A stretch of 28,654 nt of DNA from Deltaproteobacteria bacterium. Its GTDB lineage: Bacteria; Myxococcota_A; Polyangia; Polyangiales; Houyiibacteriaceae. Position 1 is the first letter of the stretch. Each line of letters starts with the position of its first letter. The stretch covers positions 1-28,654 of the forward strand of contig QMMB01000001.1 of assembly GCA_003647035.1 (NCBI GenBank), in the 5' to 3' direction. Of the stretch, positions 8,552-16,820 are shown in pieces. Made by a program: the position numbers and the translations under genes. The notes under the pieces were generated by a model. The model saw only the letters and a program-made list of their open reading frames with translations. It did not search any database and had not been told where the DNA came from.

Positions 8552-9580
8552 ATGAGCGAGCCGTCGAGTGCCGGCCCACCGGGGCGAGATGCAGCTGCTC
8601 GGGTCGGCGCCCGCGTCGCGGCCCTACGTGAACTCGGCGAGCATATCGCCGAACGCGTGCCCTCGCGGTTGCGCAAGGGCCTGCGTCGGGCGCTCTCGGT
8701 CGGATTCTTCGTCGTGATCGCGCTGGTGCTTTACCGACAACTCTCCGGCACCGATTGGTCCGAGGTACTGCGTTCGGTCCCGCGATCGCCCTGGTTCTAC
8801 GTCATCTTCCTTGTGCGATATCTCAACGTTCCGATCACAGACGCGCTCTCCTACTCGGCCGTTTGGGCGACGAATCTCTTCCGTCACTTCGGCGTCTTCC
8901 TCATGAAGCGCGTGATCAATAGCTCGTTCTCCGGGGGTTCGGGCGACGTCTACTTCCTGCTGTGGACAGTCAGAACGCTCCGCGTGACCTATTGGCAGGC
9001 CTTCTCCGCAGGGAAGGATGTGACCTTACTTTCCGCAGCAGCTGCCAACGCGGTTGCCGTCGTGGTGTTAGGGGCTTACTTGGCCTTTGGCGATCTGTCC
9101 CTCGTACAGGCCGTGAGCCCGGCGGTGCTGGGTCTCGTCATCGGAGTCACCCTTGCGACCGCCGTATTGAGCCTATTCGTCGTTCGTTTTCGGGGTAAGG
9201 TCCTGGGGATCGGCACCGACGTCATGTGGCGCATCCTCGGGTACCACGGTGCACGAAGCATTGCCAAGATCCTCTTGCTGGGGCTGCAGTGGACCGTCGG
9301 CCTGCCCGGGTCGAGGTTCTCGGACTGGATTGGCTTGCTCGTCGTGGACATGCTGGTTGCTCGCACACCGTTGGTGCCGGCGCGAGAGTTCCTGTTTCTC
9401 TCGCTGGCCTTGAGTCTGGCGGGCACGATCGACGCCCCCGAAGTGCAGGTGACCGCGATGTTCCTGACAGATACCGCCCTGATGCAACTCGGTTCCGTGG
9501 CCTCACTGATTGCCGGGATCGTGTGGAAGTCCAAGCCCGACCCGCTCCCAAGGGCGCCTGAGAACGGAGGACCGAAGTAG
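8552..9580 (+). CDS. Multi-pass membrane protein, resembling lysylphosphatidylglycerol-synthase TM / flippase-like domain proteins
   Basis: Several hydrophobic stretches (GFFVVIALVLY, WFYVIFLV, AVAVVVLGAYLAFG, VLGLVIGVTLATAVLSLFVV, FLFLSLALSLAG). No catalytic motif recognised. Adjacent to a glycosyltransferase. Confidence 0.55.
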   Translation: MSEPSSAGPPGRDAAARVGARVAALRELGEHIAERVPSRLRKGLRRALSVGFFVVIALVLYRQLSGTDWSEVLRSVPRSPWFYVIFLVRYLNVPITDALSYSAVWATNLFRHFGVFLMKRVINSSFSGGSGDVYFLLWTVRTLRVTYWQAFSAGKDVTLLSAAAANAVAVVVLGAYLAFGDLSLVQAVSPAVLGLVIGVTLATAVLSLFVVRFRGKVLGIGTDVMWRILGYHGARSIAKILLLGLQWTVGLPGSRFSDWIGLLVVDMLVARTPLVPAREFLFLSLALSLAGTIDAPEVQVTAMFLTDTALMQLGSVASLIAGIVWKSKPDPLPRAPENGGPK

Positions 9581-9627
9581 CAGACGTCCGACTGGACCGA
9601 GCCTCCGTGCGCGGGTAGACCGGCCTA

Positions 9628-10614
9628 GTGCGTATCGCCTACTTCGTACATGGCAACGGTCGCGGCCACGCGATGCGCGCTCGCTCGCTCGTCCCGGCGC
9701 TCCGCACGCACGGTCACGACGTGCACGTCCATGCGAGCGGCGAGGCGGTCGCGATGCTGCGCGACCTCGGGGGCGCCGAGGTCGACGCTTTCCTTCCGGG
9801 GAGGCAGCTCGCATCACGGTTCGCCGCGCGTCTCGCCACCGATCGTCGACTCCTGGGCGCCCTGCGGCCTGACGTGATCGTCGTGGACGGCGATGCGCCA
9901 TCTCTTCACGCGGCGGCCATGCTGCGGGTCCCGAGCGTCGCGATCGGGCACGGCCTCATCTTCGCGCACTGCCGTCTACCGATCGCGCTTCCGCTTCACC
10001 ATCGCGCGCGCGAGGCGCTGAGTGCGGCGAGCGCCTCATGGCTCGCGCACCGCGTGATCGTAGTGCACTTTGGCGTGCTCGAGTCCTTCGATCCACGCGT
10101 GGTCGTCGCGCGACCCGACCCGCGACCTGAGCTCTTCGAAGGCGACACACGGCCAGGGGACAAGCTCGTTGTGTACGCGGGGACGACGGATCTCTCTGCC
10201 TACGTTCGAGGGCTGCACACGCGCGGACACCGGCTCGTGGTGTTCGGCCGCGTGGCGAATCTGCCTGACGGCGTGGTGGCCGAGGCTCCCGACGTGGCGC
10301 GTTTCGCGGCCGCGCTTCGCGGCTGTCGCGGCATCGTGGGGACCGCCGGCTCCAACCTCGTTTCAGAGGCGGGCGCGCTCGGTCGCCCGCTCCTCGCGCT
10401 TGCGCCTGGGCACATGATCGAGCAGCAGGTCAACGCTCGTCTCGCCGAGCGCGACGGCTTCGCGATAGCGGCCGCGGCCGGGCGGATTGATGTCCCTGCA
10501 ATCCAACGCTTCGAGGCGCTCCTGGAGCGCGGCGTGCCGCGGATCGAGCCGCCGACACCGACCGTGACCGAGGCCTTGTCCGCGTGCCTCGCCGAGCTTG
10601 CAGGCGCCGTTTGA
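9628..10614 (+). CDS. GT-B glycosyltransferase (MJ1255/VC2487-like, Glyco_trans_1_3/GT28-like)
   Basis: N-terminal RIAYFVHGNGRGHAMR (GxGxGH) and C-terminal GIVGTAGSNLVSEAGALGRP...EQQVNA nucleotide-sugar-binding motif. Confidence 0.75.
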   Translation: MRIAYFVHGNGRGHAMRARSLVPALRTHGHDVHVHASGEAVAMLRDLGGAEVDAFLPGRQLASRFAARLATDRRLLGALRPDVIVVDGDAPSLHAAAMLRVPSVAIGHGLIFAHCRLPIALPLHHRAREALSAASASWLAHRVIVVHFGVLESFDPRVVVARPDPRPELFEGDTRPGDKLVVYAGTTDLSAYVRGLHTRGHRLVVFGRVANLPDGVVAEAPDVARFAAALRGCRGIVGTAGSNLVSEAGALGRPLLALAPGHMIEQQVNARLAERDGFAIAAAAGRIDVPAIQRFEALLERGVPRIEPPTPTVTEALSACLAELAGAV

Positions 10615-10645
10615 CGGTTCGCGGCCTGTGCGCCATGCCCCGCAT

Positions 10646-11311
10646 ATGACGGTTGTCTCTCCTCTCGACGCGCCGTGGGCCCTCGGCGAGCGAGCTTATT
10701 CTCAGATCCTCCGACACCTCCGGGCGATCGACGCGCGCACGATCGTCGAGCTCGGTAGCGGCGCGTCGACCGCGGCGCTTGCTCGCGACCTCCCCGATGC
10801 GACGATCCTTTCGGTCGATGACGACGCGAGTTATTTCGCGCGCACCCGCGCGCAGCTACCCGTGAACGCGCGCGTGACGCTCGTGCACCGTCCCCTCGTG
10901 TGGCAGCGCCATGGCGGCGCGCCCTACCTGAGCTACGAACGCGGCACGTTCCCTCGCGCCGTGGACGCACTCCTCGTCGACGGGCCCCCTCACTGGACGC
11001 GCCGCGGCCGCGAGGCATGTCTTTACCAGGTAATGCCGTCGCTCGAGGTCGGCGCGCGGATCTTCTTGGACGACTATCGGCGCACAGCGGAGCAGCGGAC
11101 GGTGCGGCACTGGCTCAGCGCCTACCCAAATGTCCTGCGTCTCGTCGAGGTGATCGAGGAAGGTGACTACGTCGCAGTGCTCGAGAAGACCGCAGAAGCG
11201 ACTGAGCCACGGCACACGCTCTGGCGCCGCGCCGATGCGCAGTTGCAAGCGATGTTGCAGCCGCTCACGAGCCGTGTGCGTAGCGTCGCACTGCGGTCAC
11301 GACGGCGGTAG
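10646..11311 (+). CDS. Class I SAM-dependent methyltransferase (Methyltransf_24-like)
   Basis: IVELGSGAST (motif I), LSVDDD, LLVDGPP and IFLDDYRR. Start at ATG 10646; an alternative TTG at 10598 overlaps the GT stop. Confidence 0.75.
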   Translation: MTVVSPLDAPWALGERAYSQILRHLRAIDARTIVELGSGASTAALARDLPDATILSVDDDASYFARTRAQLPVNARVTLVHRPLVWQRHGGAPYLSYERGTFPRAVDALLVDGPPHWTRRGREACLYQVMPSLEVGARIFLDDYRRTAEQRTVRHWLSAYPNVLRLVEVIEEGDYVAVLEKTAEATEPRHTLWRRADAQLQAMLQPLTSRVRSVALRSRRR

Positions 11312-11337
11312 CGGACAAGCACACCCACGAGTAGCCC

Positions 11338-11814
11338 ACGTGTTCGGTCAGTGTCGCGGCGGCGGTCGGCGGCGCCAAGCAGACCACGAGCGTCGATCTC
11401 TCGAACGCCTACCTCGACTGGGGCAACAAGAACTTCAAAGCCAACGACCTGGACCCCCGCGAGGCACCGTTTCATTCGCGATGCGCCACCCGCTGGATGG
11501 CCAGAGACCGCAACAGCTACGACTGGATCTTCATCAACCCGCCCACCTTTTCGCGCTCGAAGATGAGCAAGGGCAACTTCAACATCCACAAAGACCACAA
11601 GACGCTGATCGAAAGCGCCATGAGCTCCCTAGACATGAAGGGCGAGCTCCTCTTCACCACCCACGCCCGGGCCTTCGAGTTGGACGAGGTAATCACAAGC
11701 CGCTTCCACGTCGAAGACGCAACAAAACAGTTCGTCCCCCCCGACTTCACCCGCTACCCCTTCCAAGCCTTCCGCCTCCGGAAAAGGGGACCGTCCCCTT
11801 TGTCGAAAGGATAA
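11338..11814 (+). pseudogene. rlmKL: 5'-truncated rlmK C-terminal fragment (direct repeat copy 2, homology 11338-11781)
   Basis: Reads TCSVSVAAAVGGAKQTTSVDLS...FINPPTFSRSKMSKG...YPFQAFRLR. In-frame TAG at 11332-11334 and no start codon until Met 11497. It lacks the SAM-binding LNLFSY start. There is a +1 insertion (C run 11454-11458) and a -1 deletion (after 11483). Confidence 0.9.
11783..11801. terminator. Palindrome AAAGGGGAC-C-GTCCCCTTT (REP-like / bidirectional terminator-like)
   Basis: Perfect 9-bp arms. On the minus strand the hairpin is followed by TTTT, about 29 nt past the amidohydrolase stop. A near-identical copy is at 20669-20690. Confidence 0.65.
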
Positions 11815-11829
11815 TTCGCTCGGACCCTT

Positions 11830-12702
11830 CTATTGCTCCAACTTGAAGACGCGCTGCGCATTCTGACGCAGGAACTTCGGCCAGACGTGGTCCTTGAAGG
11901 GCACGTTTTGCATCTCGGTGAAGATACGCTCTAGTGACAGCCCCATCGGGAAGTAGCCGGCGAACATGATCTTGTCGGCTCCGCGCGTGTTCGCGTAGTG
12001 GATGATCGACTTCGGGTAGTGCTTCGGCGCGAAGGCGCTCGTGCTGTAGTAGAGGTTGGGGTATTTGAGCATCAGCTTGACTGCCAGGTCGACCCAGGGC
12101 TCGCCACCGTGGCGCATCACGAATTTCAGCTCCGGGAAAAACCAGCAAACTTCGTCGATGTGTTCGACCTTCTGCGGCTCCATTGGGATGCGCGGCCCGG
12201 GGACGCCCACGCAGACGCAAATCGGGATGTCTAGGTCAACGCAGGTCGCGTAGATCGGGTAGTACTTTTTGTCGTTCAACGGGACCTGTGGGCACAGGCC
12301 CGACGGAAATCCGGTCACAGCCTTGAGACCGTGCTCCTTGTGCAGCTTCCGGATCTTCCGGACCTCCTCCATGCCGTTGTTCGGATTCGCCCCGTACGAC
12401 GTGAAGAAGCGGTCCGGGTACTTGCGGCATGCGTCGAGGTTGGTCGAGTTCGGCCCGGAGATGCCCAGCATCGCCTGCTCGATGCCCCACTTGTCCATCT
12501 CTGCGATCGCGTAACCGACGTAGTCCTTCTGATCGACGATCTGCGGGATGTCCTTGAACATGTACTCGGCCGGCATCTTGAACTGCTTCCGGCTCTCTTC
12601 GTCCAGCAGCAGCGGCTTGATGAACTCGTACCAAGCTGTGGGGTCCCCGTCGGGGATGTTCATCATCAGATCGATGGCTTTGAGGCCACTCGGTATCGGC
12701 AT
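11830..12702 (-). CDS. Amidohydrolase_2-family TIM-barrel protein (atypical metal ligands)
   Basis: YPDRFF, KYYPIYATCVDLDIP, FPELKFVMRHGGEPW, KYPNLYYSTSA, DKIMFAGYFP and FLRQNAQRVFKL are typical of the family. Divergent from hsaA. Confidence 0.8.
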   Translation of the reverse strand: MPIPSGLKAIDLMMNIPDGDPTAWYEFIKPLLLDEESRKQFKMPAEYMFKDIPQIVDQKDYVGYAIAEMDKWGIEQAMLGISGPNSTNLDACRKYPDRFFTSYGANPNNGMEEVRKIRKLHKEHGLKAVTGFPSGLCPQVPLNDKKYYPIYATCVDLDIPICVCVGVPGPRIPMEPQKVEHIDEVCWFFPELKFVMRHGGEPWVDLAVKLMLKYPNLYYSTSAFAPKHYPKSIIHYANTRGADKIMFAGYFPMGLSLERIFTEMQNVPFKDHVWPKFLRQNAQRVFKLEQ

Positions 12703-12756
12703 GAAACGGCGTCCTTTCAGGGGTCCCCAATCGGCCCTATGCTCTCACGGGCCAGC

Positions 12757-12785
12757 TGGACATGTCACAACCCGTGGGCTAGAAC
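12757..12785 (+). promoter_or_regulatory. Possible sigma70-type promoter for the hsaA operon (TGGACA-17 nt-TAGAAC)
   Basis: The -35 matches TTGACA at 5/6, the spacer is 17 nt, and the -10 matches TATAAT at 4/6 and overlaps the KstR box. Inferred from pattern only. Confidence 0.3.
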
Positions 12786-12793
12786 ACGTTCTA
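12780..12793. promoter_or_regulatory. KstR operator TAGAACACGTTCTA
   Basis: Exact match to the established KstR consensus TnnAACnnGTTnnA, with perfect 6-bp arms (TAGAAC/GTTCTA). It lies in the divergent intergenic region, 77 nt from the amidohydrolase start and 95 nt from the hsaA start. Confidence 0.8.
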
Positions 12794-12888
12794 CTTTATG
12801 GCCCGAGGCGGCCCTTCTGTAAAGCCGGGACCACACGACTCATCGAATGCCATCGGCCCCCAGCCCGTGGCGCTTGGAGACACGAGCA

Positions 12889-14079
12889 ATGCACGGAGAT
12901 CAGAGCCCCATCCCGACACGCGAAGAACTGATTGAGAGCGCCCGCGAACTGGCGCCGACGCTGCAGGAACGATCCAAGAAGGCCGCCGAGCTGCGGAGGA
13001 TTCCCGACGAGACCATCGAGGATTTCCATCGGCTCGGCTTCTTCAAGGTCGTTCAGCCCAAACGATTTGGCGGCTACGAGATGGACCCGTCCATCATTTT
13101 CGACCTGCAGCTTGAGCTCGGCCGTGGGTGCGCGTCGAGTGCCTGGGTCTACGGCGTGCTGAACGTGCACTCCTGGCAGCTCGCGCTCTTCGCGCCCGAG
13201 GCGCAGGACGAGGTGTGGGGCGAAGATCCCAAGACGCTGATTTCCTCGTCGTACATGCCCGTCGCGAAAACCGAGTGGGTCGATGGTGGCGTGAAGCTCA
13301 GCGGGCGTTGGTCGTTTTCGAGCGGGTGCGACGCCTGCCAGTGGGGATTCCTCGGTGGCTTCGTACCGAACGAAGAGGGCAAGCCACCGGACATGCGCAC
13401 ATTCCTGGTGCCGCGCGCCGACTACGAGATCATCGACAACTGGTATGTGTCGGGGCTCCGGGGCTCGGGCAGTAAGGATGTCGTCGTCGACGGTGCGTTC
13501 GTTCCGGACCACCGCATGCACAAGTTCTCGGATGGTTTCAGGCAGCAGAGCCCGGGCAACGAGATCAATCCATCGCCCGTGTACAAGTACCCGTTCGGCC
13601 AGATTCACGTTCGCTCCGTTTCCACGCCGGCGGTTGGCGCTGCCTTCGGGGCGCTCGACTCCTACGTCGACTTCATGAAGAACAAGGTGTCCCAGGCGAC
13701 GGGCGGCAAGGCCAAGGAGTCATTCACCAACAGCATGGTGGCTGCCGAAGCCACGGCTGTGCTCGACCGCGAGGTCTTGACGCTACGGCGCAACTTCGAA
13801 GAGATGGCCGGCTATCTACAGAGGGGCGAGAAGATCCCGCTCGACCGACGGGTCCACTTCCGCAACGACTCGGCGCGGGCCGTTCGCGTATCGACGGAGG
13901 TCGTCCAGCAGCTGTTCATCGCGTGCGGCGCTCGCGCGGCTTTCGAGGACCACCCTATCAACCGCCATTTTCAAGATATTCACACGATTCGACTTCACCA
14001 CGCGAACAGTCCTGACACGCCCGGCTCCAACATGGGGGGCGTGCTGTTCGGCCAAAAGAGCACGGACTTCTTCATCTGA
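12889..14079 (+). CDS. hsaA: Flavin-dependent monooxygenase oxygenase subunit, HsaA/TesA1-like (3-HSA 4-hydroxylase)
   Basis: LRRIPDET, QPKRFGG, VHSWQLALFAPEAQDEVWGEDP, ISSSY, WSFSSGCD, WYVSGLRGSGS and RLHHAN match HsaA. Start moved to ATG 12889 (GGAGA RBS). Confidence 0.85.
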   Translation: MHGDQSPIPTREELIESARELAPTLQERSKKAAELRRIPDETIEDFHRLGFFKVVQPKRFGGYEMDPSIIFDLQLELGRGCASSAWVYGVLNVHSWQLALFAPEAQDEVWGEDPKTLISSSYMPVAKTEWVDGGVKLSGRWSFSSGCDACQWGFLGGFVPNEEGKPPDMRTFLVPRADYEIIDNWYVSGLRGSGSKDVVVDGAFVPDHRMHKFSDGFRQQSPGNEINPSPVYKYPFGQIHVRSVSTPAVGAAFGALDSYVDFMKNKVSQATGGKAKESFTNSMVAAEATAVLDREVLTLRRNFEEMAGYLQRGEKIPLDRRVHFRNDSARAVRVSTEVVQQLFIACGARAAFEDHPINRHFQDIHTIRLHHANSPDTPGSNMGGVLFGQKSTDFFI

Positions 14080-14081
14080 AC

Positions 14082-14882
14082 ATGGATGCCACGGCGCGAA
14101 AGCAGAGGATCGAGGAGCTTGGAGACGAGCTGTACGAGGCCATGCGTGCGCGCCGGACGCTGAGTCCCCTCACGGAACGCTGGCCAGAGATCACAATTGA
14201 AGATGCGTATCACGTGTCGCTGAGAATGGTGGACCGGCGTGTGCAAGGCGACGGTGAGAAGATCATCGGCAAGAAGATCGGTGTAACCAGTCTTGCGGTG
14301 CAAGAGATGCTGGGTGTCTTTCGGCCGGACTTCGGGTATCTCACGGACAAAATGCACTACCCGAACGGCGGTCCGATGCCGATCAGCGAGCAGTTGATTC
14401 AGCCACGCGCCGAAGGCGAGATCGCGTTCAAGTTGAAGAAAGACTTGAAGGGTCCGGGCGTCACAAACGAGGACGTCTTGGAAGCGACGGAGTACGTGAT
14501 GGCCTGCTTCGAGGTTGTGGACAGCCGGATTCACGACTGGAAGGTCAAGATCCAAGACACCGTCGCAGACAACGCGAGCTGCGGATTGTTCGTCCTCGGT
14601 GACGAACATGCCGACCCCAAGGTGCTCGATTTCCCGAACCTGAAAATGCGCGTCTACAAGAACGGCGAGCCTCTCAGCGAGGGACTGGGCTCAGCGGCCC
14701 TCGACTCACCACTCAACTGTGTCAGCTGGCTGGCGAACACTCTGTCGGAGTTTGGGATTGGCTTGAACGCGGGTGACGTCGTGCTTTCCGGTTCGTTGGT
14801 GCCCCTCGAGCCGGTCGTGGCGGGCGACGAGATGCGCCTCGAAGTCGAAGGGATCGGAACCGCGTCCGTGCGGTTCACATAG
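14082..14882 (+). CDS. hsaE: 2-hydroxypenta/hexa-2,4-dienoate hydratase (HsaE/TesE/XylJ/MhpD family)
   Basis: DAYHVSL, GKKIGVTS, PDFGYLTD, QPRAEGEIAF, FEVVDSRI, DTVADNAS, WLANTL and VLSGSLVP. Confidence 0.9.
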   Translation: MDATARKQRIEELGDELYEAMRARRTLSPLTERWPEITIEDAYHVSLRMVDRRVQGDGEKIIGKKIGVTSLAVQEMLGVFRPDFGYLTDKMHYPNGGPMPISEQLIQPRAEGEIAFKLKKDLKGPGVTNEDVLEATEYVMACFEVVDSRIHDWKVKIQDTVADNASCGLFVLGDEHADPKVLDFPNLKMRVYKNGEPLSEGLGSAALDSPLNCVSWLANTLSEFGIGLNAGDVVLSGSLVPLEPVVAGDEMRLEVEGIGTASVRFT

Positions 14883-14894
14883 GAGTAGCGAGAG

Positions 14895-15791
14895 ATGACG
14901 ACGAAAGTGAAGGCAGCGATCATCGGGTCCGGGAACATCGGCACCGATCTGCTCTACAAGGCCCTTCGAAGCGAGATCATCGAGCCGGTATGGATGGTCG
15001 GCATCGATCCGGAGTCCGAAGGCCTCAAGCGAGCGAAGGAGCTTGGCCTCAAGACGACGGCCGACGGTGTCAAGGGCATGGAGCCGCACATCGCCGACGA
15101 CAAAGTCCAAATCGCCTGGGACGCGACCAGCGCGTACGTGCACGAGTCGAACAACGAGATCGTCAAAAAGCACGGCGTCAGGATGGTCGACCTCACCCCG
15201 GCCGCCATCGGGCCCTTCTGTGTGCCCCCCGTCAATCTGCAAGACATGGTTGGGCGTGACGAACAGAATGTGAACATGGTGACCTGCGGTGGTCAGGCGA
15301 CAATTCCCATGGTTGCCGCGGTGAGTCGCGTGCAGGCTGTCGAGTACGGCGAGATCATCGCGACGGTATCTTCGAAGTCGGCAGGGCCGGGAACCCGGAA
15401 GAACATCGACGAGTTCACCCGCACCACGGCCAGGGGCGTCGAGGTCGTCGGCGGTGCGGAGCGCGGCAAGGCCATCATCATCATCAATCCCGCGGAGCCA
15501 CCACTCATGATGCGTGACACGATTCACTGTCTGACCAAGGATGCTCCAAAGCAAGAAGAGATCATCGAATCAGCTCAGCAGATGATAGCCGAGGTCCAGA
15601 AATACGTGCCCGGATACACACTCAAGAACGGGCCGGTGTTCGATGGCAATCGCGTGTCGTTCTACATGGTCGTCGAGGGGCTTGGCGACTTCCTCCCGAA
15701 GTACGCGGGCAATCTCGACATCATGACGGCAGCTGGCCTACGGACGGCCGAGCTCATCGCTGAGGAAATCCAGCGCGCGGAGGCAGCATGA
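14895..15791 (+). CDS. hsaG: Acylating acetaldehyde/propionaldehyde dehydrogenase (HsaG/TesF/XylQ/MhpF family)
   Basis: [46 protein letters not shown] and [11 protein letters not shown]. Confidence 0.93.
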   Translation: MTTKVKAAIIGSGNIGTDLLYKALRSEIIEPVWMVGIDPESEGLKRAKELGLKTTADGVKGMEPHIADDKVQIAWDATSAYVHESNNEIVKKHGVRMVDLTPAAIGPFCVPPVNLQDMVGRDEQNVNMVTCGGQATIPMVAAVSRVQAVEYGEIIATVSSKSAGPGTRKNIDEFTRTTARGVEVVGGAERGKAIIIINPAEPPLMMRDTIHCLTKDAPKQEEIIESAQQMIAEVQKYVPGYTLKNGPVFDGNRVSFYMVVEGLGDFLPKYAGNLDIMTAAGLRTAELIAEEIQRAEAA

Positions 15792-16816
15792 ATCTCGAAG
15801 GTAAGAAGGTTACGCTCCACGACATGAGCCTGCGTGATGGGATGCATCCCCAGCGCCACCAGCTCACGACCGAGCAAATGATTCAGGTGGCGACCGCGCT
15901 CGATGCCGCCGGTGTGCCGCTCATCGAGGTGACGCACGGCGACGGCCTCGGCGGCGCATCGGTGAACTACGGTTTTCCGGCCGCAAGCGATGAGGACTAC
16001 CTGAGGGCCGTCGTGCCGAAGATGAACAATGCGAAGGTCTCCGCGTTGCTGATTCCGGGGATCGGCACGGTGGACCACCTGCGGATGGCGCACGATTGCG
16101 GTGTGCACACGATTCGTGTGGCCACGCATTGCACGGAGGCGGATGTTTCGGAGCAGCACATCGCCCTCGGCGCGAAAATGGAAATGGACACGGTGGGCTT
16201 CCTGATGATGGCCCACATGATTCCCCCCGAGCAGCTTCTCGAGCAGGCTAAGCTCATGCAAGGTTACGGCGCGAACTGCATCTACATCACCGATTCGGCT
16301 GGCTATATGTTGCCCGACCACGTCACCGCGCGCGTTGGACACCTGCGCGAAAACCTCAACGCGGATGTGGAGGTCGGTTTCCACGGGCACCACAACATGC
16401 ACCTGGGCATCGCGAATTCACTCGCAGCACTCGAAGCGGGCGCGGGGCGCGTTGATGGCTCCGTGGCGGGCATGGGAGCCGGCGCAGGCAATACGCCACT
16501 CGAGGTGTTCGTCGCCGTGCTCCATCGCATGGGCGTCGAAACCGGCATCGACATGTGGAGGCTCATGGATGTCGCTGAGGACATCGTCTACCCGCTCATG
16601 ACCCACAAAGTTCGCGCAGATCGCGACTCCCTGACACTTGGGTATGCGGGCGTGTACTCGTCCTTCCTGCTTCATGCGCAGCGGGCAGCCAAAAAGTACG
16701 GCCTCAAGTCGACTGACATCCTCCTCGAGCTTGGACGAATGAAGACCGTCGGTGGGCAGGAAGACATGATCGAGGACGTCGCACTCGACATGAAGAAGGC
16801 CGGAGCCGCGGAGTGA
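15788..16816 (+). CDS. hsaF: 4-hydroxy-2-oxovalerate/hexanoate aldolase (HsaF/TesG/XylK/MhpE family)
   Basis: [53 protein letters not shown] and GGQEDMI. ATGA overlap with the dehydrogenase. Confidence 0.93.
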   Translation: MNLEGKKVTLHDMSLRDGMHPQRHQLTTEQMIQVATALDAAGVPLIEVTHGDGLGGASVNYGFPAASDEDYLRAVVPKMNNAKVSALLIPGIGTVDHLRMAHDCGVHTIRVATHCTEADVSEQHIALGAKMEMDTVGFLMMAHMIPPEQLLEQAKLMQGYGANCIYITDSAGYMLPDHVTARVGHLRENLNADVEVGFHGHHNMHLGIANSLAALEAGAGRVDGSVAGMGAGAGNTPLEVFVAVLHRMGVETGIDMWRLMDVAEDIVYPLMTHKVRADRDSLTLGYAGVYSSFLLHAQRAAKKYGLKSTDILLELGRMKTVGGQEDMIEDVALDMKKAGAAE

Positions 16817-16820
16817 CCGC

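Larger units (their letters stand above)
8429..11337. mobile_element. Putative integrase-less inserted cassette bracketed by the rlmKL 3'-end duplication
   Basis: Three genes unrelated to the flanking functions lie between the two repeat copies. Two of them are GC-richer and nearly lysine-free. No integrase or transposase is present, so mobility is inferred only. Confidence 0.5.

Noticed and set aside
7262-11598. Two minus-strand ORFs (7262-8245 and 11167-11598) sharing the N-terminus MVxVDVEVALAHLRAR
   Set aside because: They look like a paralog pair but are antisense readings of the duplicated rlmK segment, with no independent evidence of coding.
11163-11846. 227-aa plus-strand ORF bridging the MTase end and the rlmK fragment
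   Set aside because: It is an off-frame reading of the rlmK repeat, rich in Arg/Pro/Gln, with no family signal.
12796-13608. 270-aa minus-strand ORF opposite hsaA, and the longer 12847 start for hsaA
   Set aside because: The ORF is an antisense shadow. For hsaA, ATG 12889 has an RBS and fits homolog length better.
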